Below are positions 11,631-21,226 of a stretch of 64,000 nt of DNA, piece by piece. A program made the translations under genes and the position numbers. Positions within the stretch are counted from its first letter, which is position 1; each line of letters begins with the position of its first letter. Under the pieces are notes generated by a model. That model saw nothing but the letters and a program-made list of their open reading frames with translations. It was not told the origin of the DNA and did not search any database. The stretch covers positions 1,344,001-1,408,000 of the forward strand of contig CAVOVB010000001.1 of NCBI GenBank assembly GCA_963699755.1. The letters run 5' to 3'. This DNA comes from an uncultured delta proteobacterium. GTDB taxonomy: Bacteria > Myxococcota_A > Polyangia > Polyangiales > Houyiibacteriaceae.

Positions 11631-12392
11631 GTGCCGAAGGTCCGTGCCGATCTCCTCCTTGTAAGAAAGGGCCTCGTTTCGTCGCGGGCGAGAGCGCAGG
11701 CGTTGATTCTGGCTGGCAAGGTGTTCACGGCCGGCCGTCGTGTAGAAAAGAGCGGTGAGCTCTTCGACGGGGATGCGCCCCTCGACGTGCACGAACCCGC
11801 CCATTCCTACGTGTCTCGGGGTGGGGTGAAACTGGCGGGCGCACTCGAAGCCTTCGACTACGACCCCGCGGACAGAACGGCGGCGGATTTCGGTGCGTCC
11901 ACGGGAGGCTTCACCGATTGCTTGCTTCAGCGCGGCGCGGCGAAGGTTTTCGCCATCGACGTAGGCTACGGACAGCTACACAACAAGCTTCGGCAGGACG
12001 AGCGCGTTATCGTGATGGAGCGCTGCAACGCGCGCCACCTGACCTCGAACGATCTACCGGAACCGGTCGACCTGGTGGTGATCGACGCTTCTTTCATCGG
12101 GCTCGAGAAGCTTCTTCCGGCCGCGCGCGCTCTGTTGCGCCCCGAAGGTGAGGTTCTCGCCCTCGTCAAACCCCAGTTTCAAGTCGGTCATGGGAAGGTT
12201 GGCAAGGGCGGCGTGGTTCGGGATCCCGAGCACAGGCGGGAAGCCATCGAATCTGTGGTGGCTGACGCCGAGCGGCTCGGTTTCGAGCTCATCGCCCAAG
12301 CCGAGAGCGTGATCACCGGCCCGAAAGGGAATCAGGAGACGTTCATTCGTTTACGTCGCTCGGTGGCACCCGGTCCATCAGCCCGGGAATGA
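11631..12392 (+). CDS. tlyA: TlyA family rRNA 2'-O-methyltransferase
   Basis: S4 domain; YVSRGGVKL, GASTGGFTD, DVGYGQL, LVKPQF, GPKGNQE. Confidence 0.95.
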   Translation: MPKVRADLLLVRKGLVSSRARAQALILAGKVFTAGRRVEKSGELFDGDAPLDVHEPAHSYVSRGGVKLAGALEAFDYDPADRTAADFGASTGGFTDCLLQRGAAKVFAIDVGYGQLHNKLRQDERVIVMERCNARHLTSNDLPEPVDLVVIDASFIGLEKLLPAARALLRPEGEVLALVKPQFQVGHGKVGKGGVVRDPEHRREAIESVVADAERLGFELIAQAESVITGPKGNQETFIRLRRSVAPGPSARE

Positions 12393-13008
12393 CTGGCATC
12401 CAGCCCTGTTCAACCTTGCTCTTTCGGACCTTGACCCACCAGACCTGTTCGCAGGCATCCGGGTCTTCTTCGCTCAGGCCCTCGAACGCATCGTCGAGGG
12501 TGCAGGGGGTCCAGCCCGGGCCTTCCTCTGTCCCGACCATGCACATGCCGCGGGAGTTGTAGAAGAGGAAGGAGCCAACCTCGCCTTCGGCAACCGCCAA
12601 GTGCCTTCGCTCTACCTGGATCCCCTGGTCCCAGACCTTGCGCTTCACGAAGAGGTCTCGCTTTGCTACGAGGCGCCGAGGCTTCGTGATGAGCAAGTCG
12701 CTATCTTCGACCCGGATGAGCTCACCTTCTTTCCAGGTGACGGTTGCCGTGACGAATGCTGCATGTGTCGGCTTCAGCTTGAGCTTCATCTTCTTGTACT
12801 GCGCGCCCCAGCGCAGGTCTCGATGCTCGGCAGGGTAGGGCCAGCTGTGCTTCGAGATGGCGTTCGACTTCAGGTCGTGGTCACATCCCAAGCGGAGCGC
12901 ATCGGGTTGCGGCGTTGCGCTGCCCGGAGAGCTGTCACCCTTCTTGCAGGCCGAGCCGAGGACGGCGGCCAGCAACAGAGCGGTGAGAATCGAGAAGGTT
13001 CGCGTCAT
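12343..13008 (-). CDS. Hypothetical lipoprotein
   Basis: Signal peptide with lipobox LGSAC; stop overlaps the tlyA 3' end. Confidence 0.7.
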   Translation of the reverse strand: MTRTFSILTALLLAAVLGSACKKGDSSPGSATPQPDALRLGCDHDLKSNAISKHSWPYPAEHRDLRWGAQYKKMKLKLKPTHAAFVTATVTWKEGELIRVEDSDLLITKPRRLVAKRDLFVKRKVWDQGIQVERRHLAVAEGEVGSFLFYNSRGMCMVGTEEGPGWTPCTLDDAFEGLSEEDPDACEQVWWVKVRKSKVEQGWMPVIPGLMDRVPPSDVNE

Positions 13009-13014
13009 GAGGGC

Positions 13015-13088
13015 TGGTTCCCGGGGGTGGATTCGAACCACCATTCACAGGTCCAAAGCCTGTTGTCCTGCCCTTAGACGACCCGGGA
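13015..13088 (-). tRNA. tRNA-Gln(UUG)
   Basis: TCCCGGG/CCCGGGA acceptor stem, anticodon loop CTTTGGA, GGTTCGAATCC T-arm, encoded CCA. Confidence 0.95.
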
Positions 13089-13199
13089 GCGATTCTCCTC
13101 ATAACACGCATGGGCGGCCCCTCAAGCTTCGGCCCCAGGTCTTGCAAGGATGCCCAGATTGGTGCGATACCGTTGGCGGCCCTTCGGCTTAGGAGCGCA

Positions 13200-13832
13200 A
13201 TGGGAAACGAGGATCACAAATTTCCCGATTGGCTACTTTGGTTCACGGAGCACGGGGTTCGCATCCTCATCTTGCTCGCGATCGCCTTCATGGCATTCGT
13301 CTACACCAAGAGTCGGTCGACGACCGAGGAGCGGCTTCACGCGATCGAAGATACCGTTCAGCACGGGCCTCCAAGCTCTTATGTCCCACCGGACTTGGAT
13401 GCCTACGCCGCTGCGGGTGTCTCCGTCAACTCGTTGACGCTGCACAGGGCCGTCTACGTGCCCGTCTACTCCCACATCTATTATGACGGTGGCCGCCCAT
13501 ACCTTCTAGAGACGATGCTCAGCATTCGCAACGTGGATCCGAAGCGCCGTGTCTACGTGAGTGCGGCGGACTACTACGACACCGATGGGAAACTCTCGCA
13601 GAGAAAGGTGGACCAGCTGATCAAGCTCGATCCCCTTCAGACCATCGAGTTTCTCGTCAAGCGGCACGACATCTCCGGAGGCTCCGGCGCGAACTTCATC
13701 GTCGAGTGGCATGCGGAATCGAATGAAACACACGCGCCACTGGTCGAGGCGGTGATGGTGGGGCGCTCGGGGACCAATGCGATCTCCTTCGTGCGCAAGG
13801 GCGAGCCGCTGCCGGAGTGGACGCCGAAATAG
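13200..13832 (+). CDS. DUF3124 domain protein
   Basis: VYVPVYSHIY, LSIRN, YYDTDG, GGSGANFIVEW, P.VEAVM. Confidence 0.85.
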   Translation: MGNEDHKFPDWLLWFTEHGVRILILLAIAFMAFVYTKSRSTTEERLHAIEDTVQHGPPSSYVPPDLDAYAAAGVSVNSLTLHRAVYVPVYSHIYYDGGRPYLLETMLSIRNVDPKRRVYVSAADYYDTDGKLSQRKVDQLIKLDPLQTIEFLVKRHDISGGSGANFIVEWHAESNETHAPLVEAVMVGRSGTNAISFVRKGEPLPEWTPK

Positions 13833-13855
13833 GCGGATGACCTCATGACCGTCCC

Positions 13856-14698
13856 CTAGTGCGCGGACAGGCGTTTCTTGAAGTAGAGCTTTGCCGTGGG
13901 GAACGCGACTGCGAATACGACGAACATGCAGACTGCGACAGTCATCAGCACCCGTGGGTCATCCTCGAAGTTTGCCGTGGCGATTGTGGCCGCCGCGCCG
14001 ATGTTTCGCGCCGTCGTGATCAGGCCCAGGGTCACCTTGCCCTTCTTCCCGCCAGGGCCGAGAAGGTATCCGACCGCGAAGGCAGCGAGCGTGAGGACGA
14101 TGGCGGAGGTGACCGCGCCGGTGCCAATGATGGCAGCCAAGGAGTCTCCGTGGAGTGCGACTGCGAGTACGAGGAAAACGAGAAGCGATAGGTTGACGAC
14201 GATATGTGCAGGCTTGAGCACGCGTGCTGCCGTGCGGTCGCTGAAGTGTCGAACCGCCAACCCGATCACCAAGGGAACGAACATCTGGAGGAGAAGCGGC
14301 TTGGCGATCGCCCAGATACCGATCTCCGTTCCGGGTATGAGAAACGGCAGCACCAGCGGCATGTAGATGATCGTGAGCACGGTCAGCAGCATCGTTGCGG
14401 CGATCGAGCTGGGCACGTCGCCTGCCGCGGCGCCGACCAGCTTGGGCGTATAGGGTGCGCCGGACGCAAACCCGTACAGGAGGACACCGATCATGTATGG
14501 ACCCTCGAGCGGGAACAAGATGCTCATCACGTAGACGATGAGAGGCGTCACGACCAGATTTGCGATCAAGGCCCTAGCCACGACCGGGCCGTTCCTCAGA
14601 GGCTGCAACACTTGTTCGAACGTCACCTCGAGACCGGCGGTGAAGAGCACCCCCGCGATGAACAGCACAATGGAAAGGTTGAGGATGATCTCGAGCAT
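13856..14698 (-). CDS. Bile acid:sodium symporter (BASS) family transporter
   Basis: Multi-TM; ANL..P, GAP..P, RNIGAA motifs. Confidence 0.8.
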   Translation of the reverse strand: MLEIILNLSIVLFIAGVLFTAGLEVTFEQVLQPLRNGPVVARALIANLVVTPLIVYVMSILFPLEGPYMIGVLLYGFASGAPYTPKLVGAAAGDVPSSIAATMLLTVLTIIYMPLVLPFLIPGTEIGIWAIAKPLLLQMFVPLVIGLAVRHFSDRTAARVLKPAHIVVNLSLLVFLVLAVALHGDSLAAIIGTGAVTSAIVLTLAAFAVGYLLGPGGKKGKVTLGLITTARNIGAAATIATANFEDDPRVLMTVAVCMFVVFAVAFPTAKLYFKKRLSAH

Positions 14699-14814
14699 CT
14701 GTCGACCGGACGTCTTGTAACACCAGTGCCAGTGCCGCTGCCAGCGTGCGCGTGAGCCTCCGCGCTTCGCCATCGGCGCCGGTGCAGCTGACCGGATCTG
14801 CTATTCTCGCTAGC

Positions 14815-15795
14815 ATGATGATCGGGACGGTCTCGGCCAAGACGCTGATCGGGGTCTTCGTCCTTGGGGCGGTGGCCGGCTGCAACGCGGAGAACAAGAC
14901 ACCTGCAGGCTATCAGGGGATCATCGAGCACGACGACCGGCACCTCGGTTTTCGCGTCGGCGGCCAGCTTCGCGAGATGCGCTTCAATCGTGGCGACGTC
15001 GTCGAAGAAGGTGCTCTCATCGCGGTGCTCGATGACACGGCCGAGCTTCCGATCTTACTGGCCCGCGAGGCGGACTTAGCGCGGGCCCGGGCCAATGCGG
15101 CATTGGTCTATGCAGGGCCTCGCGTCGAGGAAGTGCGTTCCACAATGGCAGAGCTCGATGGCGCCCGCGCTGTGCTGCGTGAAGCTCGGATCAACCTCGA
15201 CAGGAACCGAAAGCTCCTCGAGCAGGCGGCGGTCTCGCGATCACTCGTTTCCGAGAACGAGGCGAAGTACGGACAGTCCAAGGCGCAGGTACGAATGCTA
15301 CAGGAGCGGTTGCGACAGATGCGCGAGGGCGCCCGGCCCGAGGAGCTCGCCGCGTCGGACGCCGCGGTCATCGCCGCTGAGGCCGCGGTCGAGGCCGAAA
15401 AAGAGCGCTTGGCCCTCTATTCTTTGCATGCCTCCGAACGCGTGACCGTGCTCGACGTCCCAGTGAGAGTCGGCGAGGTGGTGGCCGCTGGTGCCACGGT
15501 GGTGACTGTGGCCGATACGCGGCACCCCTACGTGGACGTCTTCGTACCACAGCAGTCCCTCGCCGGGCTCGAGGTGGGCCTCGCCGCGAACGTTCGGGTC
15601 GATGCAGAGAGCGGCCCCTTCGACGGAGTGATAGAACACATTGCACCGACGACCGAGTTCACACCGAGATACCTCTTTTCGCCCACGGAGCGCCCCAATT
15701 TAGTCGTTCGGGTGCGCGTTCGGATCAGCGACCCGGACGAGCGCCTACACGCTGGGGTGCCCGCGTTCGCGGCCTTTGAGACGAAGGGCGAATAG
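14815..15795 (+). CDS. HlyD-family membrane fusion protein (YbhG-like)
   Basis: Lipoyl-like halves around a coiled coil; EFTPR...ER..LV.RV...L..G.P. Confidence 0.9.
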   Translation: MMIGTVSAKTLIGVFVLGAVAGCNAENKTPAGYQGIIEHDDRHLGFRVGGQLREMRFNRGDVVEEGALIAVLDDTAELPILLAREADLARARANAALVYAGPRVEEVRSTMAELDGARAVLREARINLDRNRKLLEQAAVSRSLVSENEAKYGQSKAQVRMLQERLRQMREGARPEELAASDAAVIAAEAAVEAEKERLALYSLHASERVTVLDVPVRVGEVVAAGATVVTVADTRHPYVDVFVPQQSLAGLEVGLAANVRVDAESGPFDGVIEHIAPTTEFTPRYLFSPTERPNLVVRVRVRISDPDERLHAGVPAFAAFETKGE

Positions 15796-15797
15796 GG

Positions 15798-16736
15798 GTG
15801 GAAGACCCCGTTGTCGCCGAGGGGCTCTGTCGACGTTTCGGGAAGATCATCGCAGTTCACGACGTGAGCTTTCGCGTTCGTCGCGGCGAAATTTTCGGTC
15901 TCCTCGGCCCCAATGGCGCCGGCAAGTCGACGACGCTGCGCATGCTCTGCGGGATCCTCGACCCTAGTGGCGGCCGCGCGACAGTCGTCGGCTTCGATGT
16001 CGCGACCGAGGCGGAGCAGGTCAAGCAGAACATCGGCTACATGACCCAGCGTTTTAGTCTCTACGAGGACCTCACCGTAGAGGAGAACCTGAAGTTCTAT
16101 GCGGGGATCTATGGGTTGAGCCGAGCTGAGCGTGGGGCGCGGATTCCGGCGGAGCTCGACCGCGCGGGACTGAACGAGAGGCGAAACCAGATTAGCGGAA
16201 CCCTTTCCGGGGGTTGGAAGCAGCGCCTTGCCCTAGTCTGCGCGACGATTCACCAACCGCCGCTCTTGTTTCTTGATGAGCCAACCGCAGGTGTGGACCC
16301 AGTGAGCCGCAGGGAATTCTGGTCCCATATCCACAGCATTGCCGCGGCCGGCACCACGGTCATGGTGACAACGCACTACATGGACGAGGCGGAGCGATGT
16401 CATCGGCTGGCCTTCATTTTTCGAGGCACCCTTCTAGACATCGGAACGCCGGCGGAAGTCGTCGAGCGGAGAGAAATCCGTGTTGCTCTGATTTCGACCA
16501 AGAACGTGGATGCGGCGATGGATCTGCTGATCGTCCATCCAGCCGTCGATGAGGTCGCCCCGTTTGGTGACCGTCTTCGACTTGCCACTCTCGGTGGCGT
16601 CGACCCGGTGGCACTTGCACAGAAGGTCCTAAGTGAAGGTACGGGCGTCGTCGATGGCCGCGAGATCGTGCCCAATGTCGAGGACGCATTCGTGGCAATG
16701 GTTCACGCCGAAGCGCGGAACGGAGACAGCCGATGA
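15798..16736 (+). CDS. ABC transporter ATP-binding protein (YbhF-like)
   Basis: GPNGAGKST, LSGGWKQR, LDEPTAGVD, TTHYMDEAE. Confidence 0.95.
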   Translation: MEDPVVAEGLCRRFGKIIAVHDVSFRVRRGEIFGLLGPNGAGKSTTLRMLCGILDPSGGRATVVGFDVATEAEQVKQNIGYMTQRFSLYEDLTVEENLKFYAGIYGLSRAERGARIPAELDRAGLNERRNQISGTLSGGWKQRLALVCATIHQPPLLFLDEPTAGVDPVSRREFWSHIHSIAAAGTTVMVTTHYMDEAERCHRLAFIFRGTLLDIGTPAEVVERREIRVALISTKNVDAAMDLLIVHPAVDEVAPFGDRLRLATLGGVDPVALAQKVLSEGTGVVDGREIVPNVEDAFVAMVHAEARNGDSR

Positions 16737-17863
16737 ACCGAATGCTGTCGATCGCATGGAAGGAGATGATCCAAGCTCGGCGCGACCGTCTCACCATGGG
16801 AATGATGTTCGGCATCCCGATCATCCAGCTGCTGCTCTTTGGTTACGCGATCAACACGGACGTTCGAAACATCGCGACCGTAGTCTACGATCAGGATCAC
16901 TCGGAAGAGTCGCGAGGTTTCGTGAGGCGCATGGAAGCTACCGGCTTCTATTTTGTCGTCGGCCACGTAGAGAGCTACGAGCAGATCGGGGTGGCGATGA
17001 GGTCTCGGGATGCCATGGTGGCGCTGGTCGTACCACCTCGCTTCGGCGCCGAAGTCGAAGCGGGAAGGCCGGCTCAGCTTCAACTCGTCGTCGACGGCTC
17101 CGACCCGCAAGTCGTTGCAAGTGCGACGAACACAGCCATGTCACTCGCTTCGGCGCGCTCGTCCGAGCTCAGCGTCGCGCGACTCCAGCGGCTCGGACTG
17201 CCGGCCGCCGCGCCCTCTCAGGTGATCGCCTTGGAGCCCGCGACTTGGTACAACCAGGACCTTCGCACCGCGGTGTTCATCGTGCCTGGTCTTGTTGGCG
17301 TGATCCTCACCATGACCTTGGTGATGTTCACAGCGATGGCGATCGCTCGCGAGAGAGAGCGCGGCACTCTGGAACAGCTGATTGTGTCGCCTATTCGGAG
17401 CGTCGAGCTGACAGTCGGCAAGATTCTTCCCTACATCGCGGTGGGGTACGTGCAGATGAGCCTGATCCTGGGGGTGGGGTCCTTGGTCTTCGACGTCCCC
17501 GTCGTCGGCTCGGTCGGCCTTCTCTACTTGCTCTCCGTGTTCTTCATCGCCGCCAGCCTTGCGGTTGGCTTCCTATTCTCGACGATTGCAAAAACGCAGC
17601 AGCAAGCGATGCAGATGTCGTTCTTCTTTTTGCTGCCGAACATTCTCTTGTCTGGTTTCATGTTTCCCTGGGAAGCGATGCCGGCTCCCGCACGATGGCT
17701 AGCTACGATCCTTCCGTTGACGCACTATCTACGCGTCGTCCGCGGCATCGTCCTCAAGGGCGCTTCCCTCGCAGAGCTCCGAGCGGAGCTGATTTGGCTG
17801 GCCGGTATCGCCCTGTTCCTGATCATCGTCGCCTCGATGCGTTTCCAGAAGAAGCTCGACTAA
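16733..17863 (+). CDS. ABC-2 transporter permease (YbhS/R-like)
   Basis: QLLLFGYAIN.D, ARERERGTLEQL, LSGFMFP. Confidence 0.93.
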   Translation: MNRMLSIAWKEMIQARRDRLTMGMMFGIPIIQLLLFGYAINTDVRNIATVVYDQDHSEESRGFVRRMEATGFYFVVGHVESYEQIGVAMRSRDAMVALVVPPRFGAEVEAGRPAQLQLVVDGSDPQVVASATNTAMSLASARSSELSVARLQRLGLPAAAPSQVIALEPATWYNQDLRTAVFIVPGLVGVILTMTLVMFTAMAIARERERGTLEQLIVSPIRSVELTVGKILPYIAVGYVQMSLILGVGSLVFDVPVVGSVGLLYLLSVFFIAASLAVGFLFSTIAKTQQQAMQMSFFFLLPNILLSGFMFPWEAMPAPARWLATILPLTHYLRVVRGIVLKGASLAELRAELIWLAGIALFLIIVASMRFQKKLD

Positions 17864-18462
17864 AACGACGAGCCGGGCTGCCGGAGGAAATCCAGCTCTT
17901 CGGTGCTGGATGCTCGCCCGAGGATCTGGTTGCGGTGAGGATAGCGGCCAAAGCGTTCGATGATGGCGCGATGGCGTTTCGCGAAGTCTAGGTAGTACTC
18001 AGCGTCGGCTTTCAGCTCGTCAGGAGCGCTCTTGCAAAGGCGCTTGAACAGCTGGTCGCAGCGCTCATGGTCCTGCCGCTCCTCACTATGCTCGAGTGGC
18101 AAGTAAAAAAATACCCGCTCGTCGAATGAGAGCTCGTCGTCGAATCCCGCATCGAGGCCTTCATAGCAGACCTCGCGAGCTAGCTCGTCTGCAGCGAACA
18201 TCTCCGCGGTGCCTCGGAACATGTTCCTCGAAAACTGGTCGAGCACGATGATGTAAGCGAGAGCGCCACGCGCACTGCGTCGCCATGGCTCGCGGTCGCC
18301 CGCCACGATTGCTTCGTAGTCAGTCAGAAACTCCGATCGGATCGCTTCGTCGAAGGCGTCGGATTTCGTCCACCACAGCTTTCGCTGGCTGGGGCTGGCG
18401 CAACCCAGCTCGTTGAGCGCCCCGAACCAGAAATCCAACACGACTTCGATTCGATCAGTCAT
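17860..18462 (-). CDS. DUF924 family protein
   Basis: VLDFWF, LDQFSRNMFRG, FFYLPLEHSE, FGRYPHRN. Confidence 0.92.
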   Translation of the reverse strand: MTDRIEVVLDFWFGALNELGCASPSQRKLWWTKSDAFDEAIRSEFLTDYEAIVAGDREPWRRSARGALAYIIVLDQFSRNMFRGTAEMFAADELAREVCYEGLDAGFDDELSFDERVFFYLPLEHSEERQDHERCDQLFKRLCKSAPDELKADAEYYLDFAKRHRAIIERFGRYPHRNQILGRASSTEELDFLRQPGSSF

Positions 18463-19777
18463 CTCCAGCACCTCCGCTCAATGATTCTACAGCATCGAGG
18501 AAGACTCGGGCTTTCAGCTCCGTCTCGGCGACCTCTCGGTCAGGGTCGCTGGCTTCGACGATGCCGCCACCAGCCCAGTAAACCACACGGCCGTTTGCAA
18601 CGGTGGCGGTTCGAATCGCCACCGCGAGAGAGAGCCCCCCGTCGTGGTCGATGAATCCCAAGGCGCCACAGTATAACCCCCGAGGATGCTTCTCGAGCTC
18701 TTCGATGATCTCGAGCGCGCGAATCTTCGGCGCGCCGGTCACGCTTCCGGGTGGGAACGTCGCCTCCAGAATATCGGCCAGCGACACGTCGGGCCGCGTC
18801 ACGCCGCTCACCGTGCTCGCCAGATGATAGAGCCCGGAGAAAGGTTCCACGATGAGCGGTGCATCGACATTCACCGTGCCGATCTCCGCGACGCGTCCTA
18901 GGTCGTTTCGCATCAGATCGACGATCATCGAATGCTCAGCACGCTCTTTCGGGTCAGCCAGCAGCCGCTCTGAGGAGCCATCGTCGGTGGCTTCGCGCCT
19001 GATCGTTCCCTTGATGGGTCGCGTGACCAGAGTCCTGCTCGACGCGTCCCAATGGATGAATCGCTCCATCGTGCATGCCAAGACCGCATGGTCGCCGCCG
19101 TCGAGAAACATCCCCAGCGGCACTCGGCTCGCGGCGCGCATCGCTTGCCAAAGCTGTAGCGGCTCGCCGTCGAATGGCGCGGACCAGCGCCGCGCGAGGT
19201 TGACCTCGTACACTTCGCCGAAGCCGATGTACTCGAGCGCTTTTCGGATCGCCGCACGATGCGCGCCCGCATCGTCGACCTCGAGCTCGCCGATACGCGC
19301 TGGGGAGGGCTGTCGAGCTTTCAAGCGGCCGAAGCGAGTGCGGAACAGGTCGCAGGCCTCGCGGTCATCGCCTACGACCCAGGATTGTTCGGCCGCGTGA
19401 TCGAGGGCGAGTAGCGCCGGGTATCGTCGGAAGAGCATGATGGGTCCGCCAGCACGGTCGAAGCGCGGCTCCCCACGGACCGGCGCGGACCAGAACGCGT
19501 CATATGCGATGTAACCGATCCAAGCGGGCACTTCGCAGGGCTTGGGGCCTCTGGGATTCGTATCCGCGCTCGTTTCGTTCAGTCTCCCAAGCGCCGCGAA
19601 CGGAGACTTGGCACCAAACTCCACCCGAATCTCGTCGGACGGCCAGGCTGCGAGAAAGGAAAAACGTCCATCGCGCGACTCGCTTCGGTTCGAATCCAGC
19701 CAGGCAAAGCCCGGCGCCGTGCGCAGGCGCTCCGCGACGGCTAGCTCATCGATCGAAGTCACGTGTTCAGCCCACAC
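18455..19777 (-). CDS. pabB: Aminodeoxychorismate synthase component I / anthranilate synthase I family
   Basis: PIKGT, KERAEHSMIVDLMRNDL, FPPGSVTGAPK, AGGGIV..S...E..E..K. Confidence 0.8.
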   Translation of the reverse strand: MWAEHVTSIDELAVAERLRTAPGFAWLDSNRSESRDGRFSFLAAWPSDEIRVEFGAKSPFAALGRLNETSADTNPRGPKPCEVPAWIGYIAYDAFWSAPVRGEPRFDRAGGPIMLFRRYPALLALDHAAEQSWVVGDDREACDLFRTRFGRLKARQPSPARIGELEVDDAGAHRAAIRKALEYIGFGEVYEVNLARRWSAPFDGEPLQLWQAMRAASRVPLGMFLDGGDHAVLACTMERFIHWDASSRTLVTRPIKGTIRREATDDGSSERLLADPKERAEHSMIVDLMRNDLGRVAEIGTVNVDAPLIVEPFSGLYHLASTVSGVTRPDVSLADILEATFPPGSVTGAPKIRALEIIEELEKHPRGLYCGALGFIDHDGGLSLAVAIRTATVANGRVVYWAGGGIVEASDPDREVAETELKARVFLDAVESLSGGAGDD

Positions 19778-19837
19778 CGCGCTTCTCTACTTGCTCGTCC
19801 CGAAGCGGTAAAGCAACCTGTCGCCGTGCTACGCCGA

Positions 19838-21175
19838 ATGGTCTTGCTCGGATTGCTCGCGGCGACGGCCTTGGCCTGCAAGGAATCCGTGGGCAGCTAC
19901 GTCTTCGAAGCCCGCATCGTAAGCGGCGAGAACGGGAACCCGGCCGCGAACACCGATGCGAGCAACCTTCGAATTGGTATCCAGGAAGGCGAGCTTCCGG
20001 TTCAGCAATTCGAGTACCCGATCAGCGACGGTGACTTCGAGGCGCTGCTCGCGTTCAGCAGCTTCACTCGCCCTACACGGATTCGAGTTGAAATCGAGGG
20101 CCTGAGCACCGAGCTTCTGAGCGCCTCGCCAGTCTTCGTCCCCTCTGCGAGCGGCGGCCTGCTTCGCCTCGTGACCGCGGCGCCATCTTCGTGCGAACGA
20201 GTCACCTTCAATCGACTGGAGGCGCCCCGCGCGTTTTTCGCAATGGTACGGTCGGGCACCTTTGCTTTGATTGCGGGCGGCGCCGACGCGCCGGACGAAC
20301 AGATCGAGTTCTTCGATGCTCTCGAATGGGAGTCACGTCTGTTCGTAGAAGACCTTGCCGTGCCGGAGCTGGGCAGGACCCAGGCGGCTTCGATCGACGA
20401 AGCGGAAATCTTGGTCCTGCCTGAGAACACCGATCCGTTCATCTTCGACATGCTCGACGTTGCCCAGCGAATCACGCCGGTCCTTCTTCACAAGGCAGCA
20501 GGGCCGAGCTCGGCGCTCGTTTCCGTTCCAGGCGTCGGGGCCATGGTGATTGGCGGCGACCTCCTAGGGGAAGCGCAATCGGAGGTATCGCTGGTCGAGC
20601 CGGGCGGCCAGGTGACGTTCCTTCAGTTGAGCGAACCGCGTTCGGGGGCTGCAGCAGCCGCGCTCGGCAAGGACGTCTTGGTCGCCGGAGGCAACGCAGA
20701 AGGCAACGCCGAGATCCTGCTCGAGGGCGAGCTGACGGGACAGGCGATCGCTGGCGTCGTGGATGGCGTGCGGAAGGGAGGTCTTCTCGTGGGTGATGGC
20801 GAAAGCCGTGCCCTCTGGATTGGCGGGACCGACGCCGAAGACGCGATCCGTCAGGACAGTCTCCGTTTCGACGCCTGCCCGAGCGCCTGCTCATCGAGCG
20901 CTGGACCGGAGTGGACGACGGCACGATTGAACGCGCTTCAGCCCGCGAACAGTACTCTGCTCATCGGGGGCGATGACTCGGCCTCGGTCGACCTGGTCCG
21001 CTGGGCTGGCGACGAAGTGGAGATCACCGAGCTCCTGGAAATGAGCGTACCGCGGGCCGGTGCCGGCGGACTCGTCCTGGAAAGCGGCGCGTTCATCGTG
21101 GCCGGCGGCGACGATGGTGGAAGCATCCGGGACGATTTCGAGTTCTGCGTCCCTGCTACGCTTCAACCGCTTTAG
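19838..21175 (+). CDS. Lipoprotein with Kelch-like beta-propeller repeats
   Basis: Lipobox ALAC; repeated PR...(L/I)xGG units. Confidence 0.6.
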   Translation: MVLLGLLAATALACKESVGSYVFEARIVSGENGNPAANTDASNLRIGIQEGELPVQQFEYPISDGDFEALLAFSSFTRPTRIRVEIEGLSTELLSASPVFVPSASGGLLRLVTAAPSSCERVTFNRLEAPRAFFAMVRSGTFALIAGGADAPDEQIEFFDALEWESRLFVEDLAVPELGRTQAASIDEAEILVLPENTDPFIFDMLDVAQRITPVLLHKAAGPSSALVSVPGVGAMVIGGDLLGEAQSEVSLVEPGGQVTFLQLSEPRSGAAAAALGKDVLVAGGNAEGNAEILLEGELTGQAIAGVVDGVRKGGLLVGDGESRALWIGGTDAEDAIRQDSLRFDACPSACSSSAGPEWTTARLNALQPANSTLLIGGDDSASVDLVRWAGDEVEITELLEMSVPRAGAGGLVLESGAFIVAGGDDGGSIRDDFEFCVPATLQPL

Positions 21176-21226
21176 AAGGACGAGTTCGCGCTCCCCGAAC
21201 CTGTTATCCTCGGAATTCCCGGGCCG

